Shown in pieces: positions 12,778 through 23,340 of a stretch of 64,000 nucleotides of DNA (position 1 is the stretch's first letter; every line of letters starts with the position of its first letter). Source of the stretch: Felis catus (lineage: Eukaryota). The translations under genes and the position numbers were made by a program. The notes below the pieces were generated by a model, which saw only the letters and a program-made list of their open reading frames with translations, did no database searches and was not told the DNA's origin. Where the stretch lies: assembly GCF_018350175.1 (NCBI RefSeq), contig NC_058368.1:12276001-12340000 (forward strand). The letters run 5' to 3'.

Positions 12778-13010
12778 GGGGCGCCTGGGTGGCTCGGTCG
12801 GTTAAGCGTCCGATTCCTGGTTTCGGCTGGCATCATGATCTCACGGTTCGTGAGTTCGAGCCCCACCATGGGCTCTGTGCTGACAGTGCGGGGTCTGCTT
12901 GGGATTCTCTCTGTCCCTCTCTCTCCGCCCCTCCCCTACTTGTGTTATCTCTCTCTCTCTCTCTCTCAAAATAAATGAATAAATAAATAAATAAATAAAT
13001 AACATATTTT
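12778..13010 (+). mobile_element. CanSINE
   Basis: ggggcgcctgggtggctcggtcggttaagcgtcc head, (CT)n, (AAAT)n tail. Confidence 0.95.
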
Positions 13011-13029
13011 TAAAAACTAAATCAACATT

Positions 13030-13265
13030 GGGGCGCCTGGGTGGCTCGGTCAGTTAAGCGTTTGACTTCGGCTCAGGTCATGATCTCGCGGTCCGTGAGT
13101 TCGAGCCCCGCGTCGGGCTCTGTGCTGACAGCTCAGAGCCTGGAGCCTGCTTCCGATTCTGTGTCTCCCTCTCTCTCTGACCCTCCCCCATTCATGCTCT
13201 GTCTCTCTCTGTCTCAAAAATAAATAAACATTAAAAAAAATTTTAAAAAGTAAAAAAAAATAAAA
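13030..13265 (+). mobile_element. CanSINE, probably inserted in the tail of the preceding one
   Basis: Full body; taaaaacatt flanks the 12778-13265 pair as a whole. Confidence 0.95.
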
Positions 13266-13296
13266 ACATTTTTAATGTTTTTAATAATGCAATACA

Positions 13297-13506
13297 GGGG
13301 CGCCTGGGTGGCGCAGTCGGTTAAGCGTCCGACTTCAGCTTGGGTCACGATCTCGCGGTCCGTGAGTTCGAGCCCCGCGTCGGGCTCTGGGCTGATGGCT
13401 CAGAGCCTGGAGCCTGTTTCCGATTCTGTGTCTCCCTCTCTCTCTGTCCCTCCCCTGTTCATACTCTGTCTCTCTCTGTCTCAAAAATAAATAAACGTTA
13501 AAAAAA
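13297..13506 (+). mobile_element. Young CanSINE
   Basis: CpG-rich body; TSD aataatgcaataca (13283-13296, 13507-13520). Confidence 0.97.
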
Positions 13507-15229
13507 AATAATGCAATACAAAATATCTAATATATGTAATTAAAAAATAGCAACTCTCCCCTCAATCTGCTGTCCTGTTTTATGGTTTCTTGTGTGTTCT
13601 TCTTGGAAGTTCATATACGTAAAAATCATTTTGAGTAGCCGGTTGGAAAAATTTACACAAGAGGCCATTTAAAAATACAAGGATCAATGTTTTTCATATA
13701 TCTATATTCCATCTACATCTATATCTGAAGTCCCCTATCTCTGACTCTGGCGTGTCTGTACCCCAGGCCTGCCCTATACTATGATGGCTGTGTGCGGGAA
13801 GGGGGTGGGGATAAAGATATCTTTCCTGCACACTAATTTACTTTAAAAAAAAAAGCTAAAAGTTCAAAATAGGCACAACAAAATGTCATGTGTTCTTGTC
13901 TGGATAATCCTGACTGGTCTTTTAGGGTCATTTTTCCAGGAAGCCCTCTCTGAAACCCCTTTCCCTGCATCCGTACTTACAGCGATCATACTACTATGTG
14001 CTGGGACTGTGGGACGCAGAAGCAATGGTAAGGCATGGTTGCCATCCTGGAAGTTCACACTGCCAGCAGACACAGCAAACCTGTATAGCGTTCGAGACCG
14101 AAACCTGGGAGCTCCACATCTATGTGTTCTGGGCCACGCACGGGTCCTCCTTGCCATCAATACTCTCAGTACGATATGTTTTCCCAACCGATCAAAAAGT
14201 GAACTCTGTTCAACAACTCACCAAGTGTCATTAGGACCCAGGATTAACTGTCTGTCTACACAGGTGAGACACGTCCAGAAAACCAACGGTGAGTAAAAAT
14301 TCTTGTCGTGGGTAACATTTGCAGGAGACTTTCAGCCCTCCTGTCTTCATTTGTTTACCTGGCAGAAACCTGGCAGAAACCTCTGGCTGCGGTTTCCTTT
14401 GTGATCCTGCATTAGCTCCGAGCTTCAAATATGCATGACAAATGCAAAGCTTAAAAATAAAATAGGAGACCAACTCTCACGCTGTGTCTATAGTGCACCA
14501 GTGAGAAAACGAATAAAATCCCGACCCCTTACTGCTCTCCAGGCATCAATCGTTACATTCCATGTGAGTGGGCGAGTGTCTAATTAACCACTCATCGATC
14601 TCAAAGTTTTATAAGTGCTGTCGCTCCCCTCAGGCTGGAGTTCTTCCTTCTGCCTGCGTTCCGCTATTTGCTACCTTGGCAATCGGTGCCCTGGTGGAAC
14701 TTGTAATGAAGGGAACAAACTCCACACGGGTCCCCTTTAGCCAAGCCACCGCCGTCTGCCTCCTTACTGTGCCTGCTTCCTTTGATCCACCTTGCTGGGA
14801 CTATTCCTTTGGCCTCCATTCCACCCACCACTCCTACGCCCCAAGAACCTCAGCTCACACACTTGCAGCCAAACGCTTTTGTTACTTCATAATATTTTTG
14901 GAGACATAGTTATCCTAAGACTGATTCCAATTATAACAACCTCCTGCCACTCTCGCCATTTTTACACAAGCTGGGCCCCTGTGAAGAACACCGTGCTGTC
15001 TGGCATTGCTGCACTCGCACGTATTTATGCAGCAACACCTTTTGGGGTATGTCTGCGCAGGTCCTGCCGTGGGCTGCAGCGGAGAGGGCTCACGGGCTCT
15101 ACAAGAGAAGGCTTCCTGATTTTTCTGGCTGACACTAATAGCACTATTCAGAACTGTTTATCTCTAAATGATTTCACATTCATTGTACTAGGTCATCTCT
15201 ATAATATGTCTGAAAGGCATTTAAAAAAA

Positions 15230-15472
15230 TTTTATTAATTAATTAATTAATTTATTTATTTATTTTTAAACGTTATTTATTTTGAGAGAGAGACACAGAA
15301 AGCAAGCAGAGGAGGGGGCAGAGAGAGAGGGAGACAGAGAATGCCAAGCAGGCTCTGTGCTGTCAGTGCGGACAGAGCCCGACGTGGGGTCTGAACTCAC
15401 AAACTGTGAGATCATAACCTGCACAGAAACCAAGAGTCAGATGCTTAACCAACTGAGCCACACAGGTGCCCC
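15230..15472 (-). mobile_element. CanSINE
   Basis: Full body; degenerate TSD tga(a/g)aggcattt. Confidence 0.92.
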
Positions 15473-15917
15473 ATGAGAGGCATTTTTTTTTTAAGAGTCG
15501 ACTTTGATGGAAAAATCCAAAACTTAGTCAAGGCATCTCAGATCACAAGCAGCAGTGAATAGATAAGGATTTACCACCCAACTGTATGAGATGCAAAGAT
15601 TGGCCCACTTAGCCATGTCAGCAGTAAACACAGCTGAACAATCAGAGATAGTCTTTGCCCCTGCAATCCTGTCTTGAAAATATGTACTATAATTTTTATT
15701 CTTGGTTTACAATGTAATCCTTTATTTATATTTCAAAATAAAATTTTAGATATCTATGATGAAGCTACTAGGAAGTAATGAGTGAGTTTAGAAGGACTAT
15801 AGAATCCAAGGACAATATATAACAAAAATTTACATGATGTTAATTGAGCAATTGGAAATTGAAATTATAAAAAAAAGCTGTGCTATTTGCAATAGCACCA
15901 CAAAACATGAAATTCTT

Positions 15918-16132
15918 TTTTTTTAAATTTTTTTAAATGTTTATTTTTGAGACAGAGAGAGACAGCATGAACGGGGGAGGGTCAGAGAGAGAGGGAGACA
16001 CAGAATCAGAAGCAGGCTCCAGACTCTGAGCTGTCAGCACAGAGTCCGACATGGGTCTTGAACTCACAGACCGTGAGATCATGACCTGAGCCAAAGTCAG
16101 ACGCTTAACCAACTGAGCCACCCAGGTGCCCC
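15918..16132 (-). mobile_element. CanSINE
   Basis: Full body; 18-bp TSD acaaaacatgaaattctt. Confidence 0.96.
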
Positions 16133-17179
16133 ACAAAACATGAAATTCTTAAGTACTTTTGAGGATGTGTAGTATCCATATGTTGAAAATCACAAGTCAG
16201 GGTTGAAAAAAAATCAAAGGAGACCTAAATAAATAAATACATTGTATTTATAAATCAGAAGATTCAGTACTGTTAAGATGTCAATTCTCCCCAAACTGAT
16301 CTATAGAGTCAACATAATCCAAATCAATATTCCAGAGGGTTTTTAAAATAGATATCACCAAGATGTTTTTAAAATTTATATGAAAAGGCAGAGGAACTAG
16401 AATAACCAAAACAATCCTGGCAAAGAAGAACCAAGTTGGAGGACGTATATTATTGGATTCCAAGATATACATAAAGCTAAGTAATCCTGTGTCATATTGA
16501 TGAAGGATTAGACATACAGATAAATGGAACAGAATAGTCTAGAAATATATTTACACACACATGGCCAATTGATTAACATTACAAGTGCAAAGGCGATTTA
16601 ATGTGGAAAGTATAATTTTCTAATATGGTGTCGAACCAATGGGACATTGATGTGCAAAAAAAGAATCTTGATCCATACTTTGTACCTAATAAAAAATTAA
16701 CTTTAAATGGACCATTGAATTCGATGAAAACATAACACTAGAATCTCCAGAAGAAAACAAAGGAGAAAATAGTTGCGACCTTATGTTAGGGAAAGATTTC
16801 TTAGATATGACTAAAAATATGGAAAAAAATGATAAGCTGGATTTAAGCAAAATTTAAAACTTCTGTGAAAGACACTGTTAAAAGATCAAAAAGACAAGCT
16901 ACAGACTGGTAGAAAATATTCCAAAACCCATATCTGACAAAGGATTTATACCTACAACATATAAGGAATTCTTAAAAGTCAAAAATAAAAAAAACAAACA
17001 ACCAAATTTTAAAATGGGCAAAAGACTTGAACAGACACTTTACCAAGGAAGATACAGGTATGGTAAACAAGCACATGAAAAGACATTCAACATCATTACT
17101 CATTAAGGAAATGCAAATTAAAATTCTAATGAGTTAATAACTGTAGACACCTATTAGAATGGCTACAAACAAAACAAAC

Positions 17180-17365
17180 AATACATGCCATGGGGATGAA
17201 AGACATAGCATAGGGAATATAATCAATGGTACTGTAATAGTGTTATATGGTGACAGTTAGTAGCTACACTTGTGATGAGCATGGCGTAATGTATGGACTT
17301 GTTGAATCACCATGCAGTACATCTGAAACTAATGCAACGTTGTGTGTCAACTATACCTCAATAAC
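17180..17365 (+). mobile_element. 5'-truncated carnivore-type L1 3' tail nested in the older L1
   Basis: catagggaatataatcaat...tggtgacag...tgaaactaatgcaacgttgtgtgtcaactatacctcaat; flanked by acaaacaaaacaaa repeats. Confidence 0.8.
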
Positions 17366-18100
17366 AAACAAAACAAAAAGTGACAGCACCAAGTGGTGGC
17401 AAAGATGTGGAGCTACTGGAATTCTGATACATTGTTGGTGAAAATACAAAGTGATATGATCACTTTTGAAAAGCCTGGTGATTTCTTAAGAAGTTAAGAT
17501 ACAGTTATCAAATTGACCCTGCAATCCCATTCCTAGGATTTTACTTAAAAGAAATGAACACTTATGTTCACACAAAACCCTGAATATGAATGTTTATAGT
17601 TGCTTTATGACCACCAAAACTGATGACAACTCAAACATCCTTCAGCTGGTGAATGGACAATGTAGAACGCCATACGATGTAATACTACCCAGTAATGGTA
17701 CTGATTGATACACCAACAACGTGGATGAATCTTAAATGTAGTACACCAAGTAAAAGAAGTCAGGCTCAAAAGGCTACATATTGTTTGATTTCATTTATAT
17801 GGTATTCTGGAAAAGGCAAAACAACAGGTACAAAAACAAGGTCAGTGGTTGCCAGGGGTTTGGGGGTAGGGTTAGAGGCTGATGATAAAGGGGAACCAGG
17901 GAATTTTGGGGGGTGATGGAGCTGTTCTTTATCTTGGTTGTGGTGGCAGTTACATGTCTACAGGCATTTGTCAATTCTCAAAAACTGTTCACTCAAAATA
18001 GTGAATTTTAGTTTGTACGTATATATGACACTTTGACTTAAAGAAAGCATATGGGGAAAAATGATAATGCAATATAACATAATTAAGATACAAAAATTAC

Positions 18101-18328
18101 TTTTTTTTTTTTTTAATTTTTTTTTCAATGTTTATTTATTTTTGGGACAGAGAGAGACACAGCATGAACGGGGGAGGGGCAGAGAGAGAGGGAGACACAG
18201 AATCGGGAACAGGTTCCAGGCTCTGGGCCATCAGCCCAGAGCCTGACGCGGGGCTCAAACTCACGGACCGCGAGATCGTGACCTGGCTGAAGTCGGATGC
18301 TTAACCGACTGCGCCACCCAGGCGCCCC
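18101..18328 (-). mobile_element. Young CanSINE
   Basis: Nearly the same sequence as the 11662 and 50181 copies. Confidence 0.96.
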
Positions 18329-18845
18329 ACTTATTTTTTTTTTTTAATGCCAGCTAGTAAAAGTCCCCTTGGTTAACACTGAGAGGGAAAACTCAGAAGG
18401 AAGTGCTATTGGAATAGTTCTGGTTTGAGTGAAATCTCCTGAGAAGGGAAACGCTCTTGCTTGGGGTGTACCTCAGACATCCTGAAGAGAAAACACTTCT
18501 TTTCCAATTCATGATCTTTAAAAAGTTGCAATCAAACCATCCATTCCTCTCATAAACGCTCACAAAGGGCATTTTGTGCTATTTATTTTGTGCCATTATT
18601 TGTTTTCTAGTCCAAATAGCCTGTTCCTCTAATTTGTGATTTCAAGAGTTCTTTGCTCTTTTACACACTTAAGCAAACCCACAGTACTATTTTCCTTAAA
18701 CATTCAGAGATCAGTTCTTAATGCAAATCTATTTTTTTCTTCATATAGGAACCACAGAGCAGATACAAAAATATGTATGTCTGAAGACTCAGAAAGTCTA
18801 AGGTTATTTACACACTGTCCTAACATACCTTGGTCTCTCTTATCT

Positions 18846-19028
18846 CTTTTTTTATCTTTAGCTATTTTTGACAGCAAAGGAGACAGAGAATGAGTGGGGC
18901 AGGGGGTGGGGGCACAGAGACAGGGAGACGCAGAATCTGAAGCAGGCTCCAGGCTCAGAGCCCGATGCGCGCCTCCAACTCACAGACCGAAGTCGGATGC
19001 TTAACCGACTGAGCCACCCAGTCGCCCC
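18846..19028 (-). mobile_element. Internally deleted CanSINE
   Basis: Lacks the gagctgtcagcac and gagatcatgacctgagc segments; TSD ggtctctcttatct. Confidence 0.9.
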
Positions 19029-19998
19029 GGTCTCTCTTATCTTGAAAAAAGTTTTGCTCATCGTTGCTTTCTGATTAAAGTACCATCCTTCTATGTCTAT
19101 GCAGAATGTGCTAGAATGAACACTGGATTGAAAACTGTAAGTACCGCGTTTTAAGGTCAATTCAACTCCTAACTAGCTGTGTGGCCATGGAAAAATGACT
19201 CACCTCCTGTAACTACTATTTATCTCCATCCCTGACCTCTCTCCAGGGCCTTCGTTAAGAAATTTCAAATTCCTACAGACACATACTGTCTCTCATGCAG
19301 CATTTAATTGTTCGTGGATACTGGTTACATTGGCATCATTTCCTATCACTCAAATTACGATTGTTACTTATCTGTTCATGTATTCATGCTTTATTTCTTC
19401 AACTAGACTTCTCCAACCAGATTATAAATCCTTTGAGGAGAGGGAATTCCTCATTTACATCTTTATTTTTATCTAGCATCTATCACATAGCAAAGACTAA
19501 ATATTTCAGGTTGCTGATATAATCACTTGAGCTTATATCTTCTAGTTTGCTCATATAATCACTTGACTTTGCAAAAAATACAGCCAAGTTTGACATACTC
19601 ATGGAGTTTTTCGGGACCTACTCTGTCCACTCATGCTGTGGCCTCCCCTGCTAACCAATCCATCCCTGACCCCAATCACCACAGTCTATGGGGTCATCTT
19701 AGTTTTTTCATGGCACTGAACAGTCTCTGAGTTAACATCTCCCTGTTATTCTCTTTTTCTCTCACTGACTCTCTTTTTCTTTTTCTCAATGTATTTTCTG
19801 AGGCCTGTGACTAGGATTGAAGCTTCATGAAACCAGGGACCAATCATGCTCACTGTGGTAGAACCTGGACCCATGCCTGGCATATAGTAGGCACTCAATA
19901 AATACTTACGATGGAGTCATTGAACTTGCCCCTCACTACAGTGATACCTATTGGAGACTGCACAATTGAAACTAACAAAAGTATTTCACCTAATTTAC

Positions 19999-20080
19999 CT
20001 GTAAAGAGGTTCTACAAGGTCCTTTTCAAGAAACTCATGATCATTCTTGACAGCCACAATGTTGATGGGAAATTGGGAAT
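19999..20080 (-). CDS. Internal 82-nt exon of an unidentified large minus-strand gene; open frame (D)SQFPINIVAVKNDHEFLEKDLVEPLY(R/S), phase 1 in, phase 2 out
   Basis: Very strong acceptor tcccttgtttctctctttctcttttttcag|AT and donor CAG|gtaaat on the minus strand. Only one frame is open across the whole exon and it reads protein-like. It matches the tail of track ORF 19995..20255. Confidence 0.75.
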
Positions 20081-20439
20081 CTGAAAAAAGAGAAAGAGAG
20101 AAACAAGGGAGATTATGAGTCTTGTTTTTATCTGAATGGGCACCAATATCTTTCGACCACCATGTTTCTGTACACATGACTGGTCCTGGCAGTTGCTTTC
20201 CCATCATTGGGTGTGTTGGGATGTTTAAGATAGTAGGCAGTTTTAGTTTTATCAACTAAGTGCTTTGAAGGATATAAAAGGAGTCCTTTGATAGGAGTGA
20301 ATATTAAGTGCCTGCATTTTTGTGGTTCATCATAATCACAGACATTAGCCTATCTATATGAAGAGTTTTTATACTTCCACACTTAACATCACTGACTTTT
20401 ATGTTGATCAGTTCATGTAACACTTAATTTGGGAGTTTT

Positions 20440-21417
20440 TTTTTTCTTTAGAAAAGAAATTTCCAAAAATACCCGAAACTCAGTGGCCACAAAAGTGTTC
20501 TTTTGTAGCAAAATCTTGAGCCACTTTAGAGTATCAGCAAAATACTCAAACAACTGATTCTATCCGAAGAGATAAATTCCAGTATCATGATTTTTCTCCC
20601 ACAGACTGACTATTCATGCCAACTTTGGAGGTCAAGGGCCACGCTCAAGAGGCAGTGTTAATGTTAGGTACCTTATTCACAGAGGTGAAAATCTGAGGAT
20701 CATTCTAATAGAGGCCATGGTCAGAGATAACAGACAATGTCAAATCATCACCACTATCCTGCCATTCTTTCTCTTCCTCATTTTATACTTTGCACTGCCT
20801 CCACCTTGCCAGTCATAATAAATCTAAAGGTATCTAAATCTTAATGTGAGTTGGAAATAGAAACAATCTCTTCTGGTGATAAAAGTAATGGGAGTGAATT
20901 CCAGATGGTGCTGGAATGAAGACTGTCTTGTTCTGCTCGAGAGGGAGTGTGTGTAGTAATGAGAAACACAGACACCACAGCCCAGTTGCCTTGGCTTTGA
21001 GTCCCGGCACTGCTAATCTCTAGATGTAGAACTGGGTACAACTTACCTAACCTCTTCTGGGCTTGTGTTTCCCCATCTGTAAAACGGGGATGATGATAAT
21101 TATAATACTTAACCTATAGTGCTGAGAATATTAAATAAGTGGTTATAGGTAAAGTGCTCTCAGCAGGACCTGGCACACAGTATGTTCCACATAAGTATTT
21201 GCTCTTTCTTATTATATTTATTCAATGCACATGGCTTAAATACAATTTGACAGGCACCTTTTACTTATGGCACATTCTTTTTCTCTAGAAAGGAAATTTC
21301 CAAAAATAACCAAAGCTCAATGGCCTCAAATGTTTTCTTTTGTAGCAAAATCGTGAGTCACTTTAGAGTACCAGCAAGATATTCAACTAATTGATTCTAT
21401 CTAAAGAGAAGAAATTT
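20440..21417. repeat. Dispersed ~135-bp direct repeat (copies ~20440-20578 and ~21278-21417)
   Basis: Both copies read tagaaa(a/g)gaaatttccaaaaata...ttcttttgtagcaaaatc..gag.cactttagagta.cagcaa...tgattctatc..aagaga; roughly 85% identical by eye. Confidence 0.9.
20990..21215 (+). mobile_element. MIR
   Basis: acttacctaacctc...gtttccccatctgtaaaacggggatgatgataat...taaagtgctctcagcaggacctggcacacagta. Confidence 0.85.
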
Positions 21418-21471
21418 AATTTACTTCTTAGCCATTTGTAGACACTTCATATTTAAATTGCAAGGTATTTT

Positions 21472-21696
21472 GGGGCACCTGGGTGGCTCAGTAGGTTAAA
21501 CGTCCGACTTCAGCTCAGGTCATGATCTCATGGTTCGTGGGTTCGAGCCCCACATCGGGCTCTGTGCTGACAGCTCGGAGCCTGGAGCCTGCTTTGGATT
21601 CTGTGTCCCCCTCTCTCTCTGCCCCACCCCTGCTTGTGCTCTGTGTCTCTCTGTCTTTCAAAAATGAATACACATTAAAAAAATAACAAAAATAAG
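21472..21696 (+). mobile_element. CanSINE
   Basis: Full body; TSD taaattgcaaggtatttt. Confidence 0.96.
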
Positions 21697-22081
21697 TAAA
21701 TTGCAAGGTATTTTGAGTTCAAAATACATATGTTATATGTATTTGAGAACAATATTCACAATACATATGTTATATGTATTTGAGAACAAAGAGAGTTCAC
21801 ATTATAGGAGAAAACACACTGCATTAAGACTTAAGAGACTACGATTTTAATTCTGATTCCTCCGCCTTTTAATGTTGAAAAAGTCATTTAACCTCTGGGC
21901 CTCTCTCTCATCATCAGTAAATTGGAGGGGGTGGGAGGGTGGGAGTAGCGTTCTTTAGACCAAAATTATAAAACCCTCCTTTATAAAAACTTGAGTCAGA
22001 GACTCTAGACTTCAAAGCACATTTTGAGATATGCTCTCCTTCATCCACTGAATTTAAGTTACAGAAGTAGAATAAGGGTTT

Positions 22082-22159
22082 TATATGTGTGTGTGTGTAT
22101 GTGTGTGTGTGTATGTATGTATATATGTATATGTGTATATATATGTTATATGTATATGC

Positions 22160-22228
<69 letters not shown>

Positions 22229-22242
22229 CACACACACATATA
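22082..22242. repeat. Compound (TG)n/(TA)n/(CA)n microsatellite
   Basis: Directly visible. Confidence 0.97.
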
Positions 22243-22364
22243 AAACTGAGCTTCCAGGTGAGTGAATGAGAGTCACCAGTGACTATGGGTTAATTTTGTT
22301 GCTTCTTTCTATCCTGCATAGATTTTACGCCATCAGGAAGAGAACTCAATGCTGTTTAATGTTC

Positions 22365-22815
22365 TAGATATCCTTTGTTTAGCCCTACAGATCCACTCTC
22401 CACTTTTTTATACCCTGCCTTGTGTGCCGAGGGTCACCAGTGAGGATGGCATTCGAGGGGACCCATTTTCCTTGGTTTCCTTTTGTGTTTGGGCAACAGG
22501 GAGCCCTGGCTGGAGATGGAGGGGAGCAGGAGTGCAAGGTCAGGGCATTTACCCTCCTGGTTATCACTCACCACCAGCTGTGTCCTTTGCTCTAGGGATC
22601 CTCTCTTGTCCTGGTTTCTGGCACCCACTCCCTCTGCCCATCCCTTTGGGCCTACGGCAGTGGCAGCTCTGTGGCTATGAACTCTGGGCACCTGTATGGT
22701 TCCTCCTGGTTTCTCATATCCTGCCCACACTTTTGTAATAAACATTTTTAGAAATAAGTCCTCCTCAGACCATCTTGAGTGCTCCATCTGTTTACCATTA
22801 GGATCCTAACTCACT
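22365..22815 (+). mobile_element. Solo ERVL-type LTR (LTR33-like)
   Basis: 3' end ttgtaataaac...ttgagtgctccatctgtttaccattaggatcctaactcacta resembles ERVL LTR33 ends. Confidence 0.6.
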
Positions 22816-23070
22816 ATTCTGGACAATCCAAGAAGTAGTTCATAGCCTTGGTTATAGTTTCAGGGATGAGTAAGATACAGGTGATTAAGTTTATTAAGTG
22901 CCAAATAAAACATCAGTGAAAGAAGTATGATGCTGGCAATAAACATCTCACTTCAAATCCCCCCAAATAACTTCTTCTCCATATTGTGTCTTAATTTTTT
23001 TTTTTTTCATTTAAACAGAATGGAAGGAAGGTCTCAAGACAACTAGTTTTGTGATTTTCAGAAAACTTAC

Positions 23071-23089
23071 CAACAACTCATTTATTGCA
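23071..23089 (-). CDS. Candidate 19-nt mini-exon TGCAATAAATGAGTTGTTG
   Basis: Long T-rich tract then ctctctgatttcttgaaag| (suboptimal AAG acceptor) and strong donor TTG|gtaagt. Confidence 0.25.
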
Positions 23090-23199
23090 CTTTCAAGAAA
23101 TCAGAGAGTAGTACAGAAAAAAAAAAAAAAAAAAACAAGGAAAAAGGACAGAAGTGCAAGAGAGCTGTTACTAATGAAAGCACCACAAAGGAAATACGT

Positions 23200-23340
23200 A
23201 GAATAATACGACAACACCGCATGGTGACAATGGTGACTACACGGAGTGCGGCGAGCACTGTGTGATGTACAGAACTGTCGAGTCACTGTGGTGTATACCC
23301 AACGCCAATGTAATGCTGTATGTCAATTATACCTCAATCA
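23200..23340 (+). mobile_element. Carnivore-type L1 3' tail fragment
   Basis: Homologous to the 17180-17365 copy (atggtgaca...tgtcaattatacctcaat). Confidence 0.75.

Larger units (their letters stand above)
15750..18030 (+). mobile_element. Old L1 ORF2 3' portion and 3' UTR, interrupted by a SINE and a younger L1 tail
   Basis: gttaagatgtcaattctccccaaactgatctataga; aaaatgggcaaaagacttgaacagacactttaccaaggaagata; tgaccctgcaatcccattcctagg. Confidence 0.88.

Noticed and set aside
19999..20080. Assigning a gene symbol to the host gene
   Set aside because: I could not confidently recognise the peptide; a BLASTP search is needed.
21914..22276. ORFs rich in Y/I/C/V/H/T
   Set aside because: Dinucleotide microsatellite translations.
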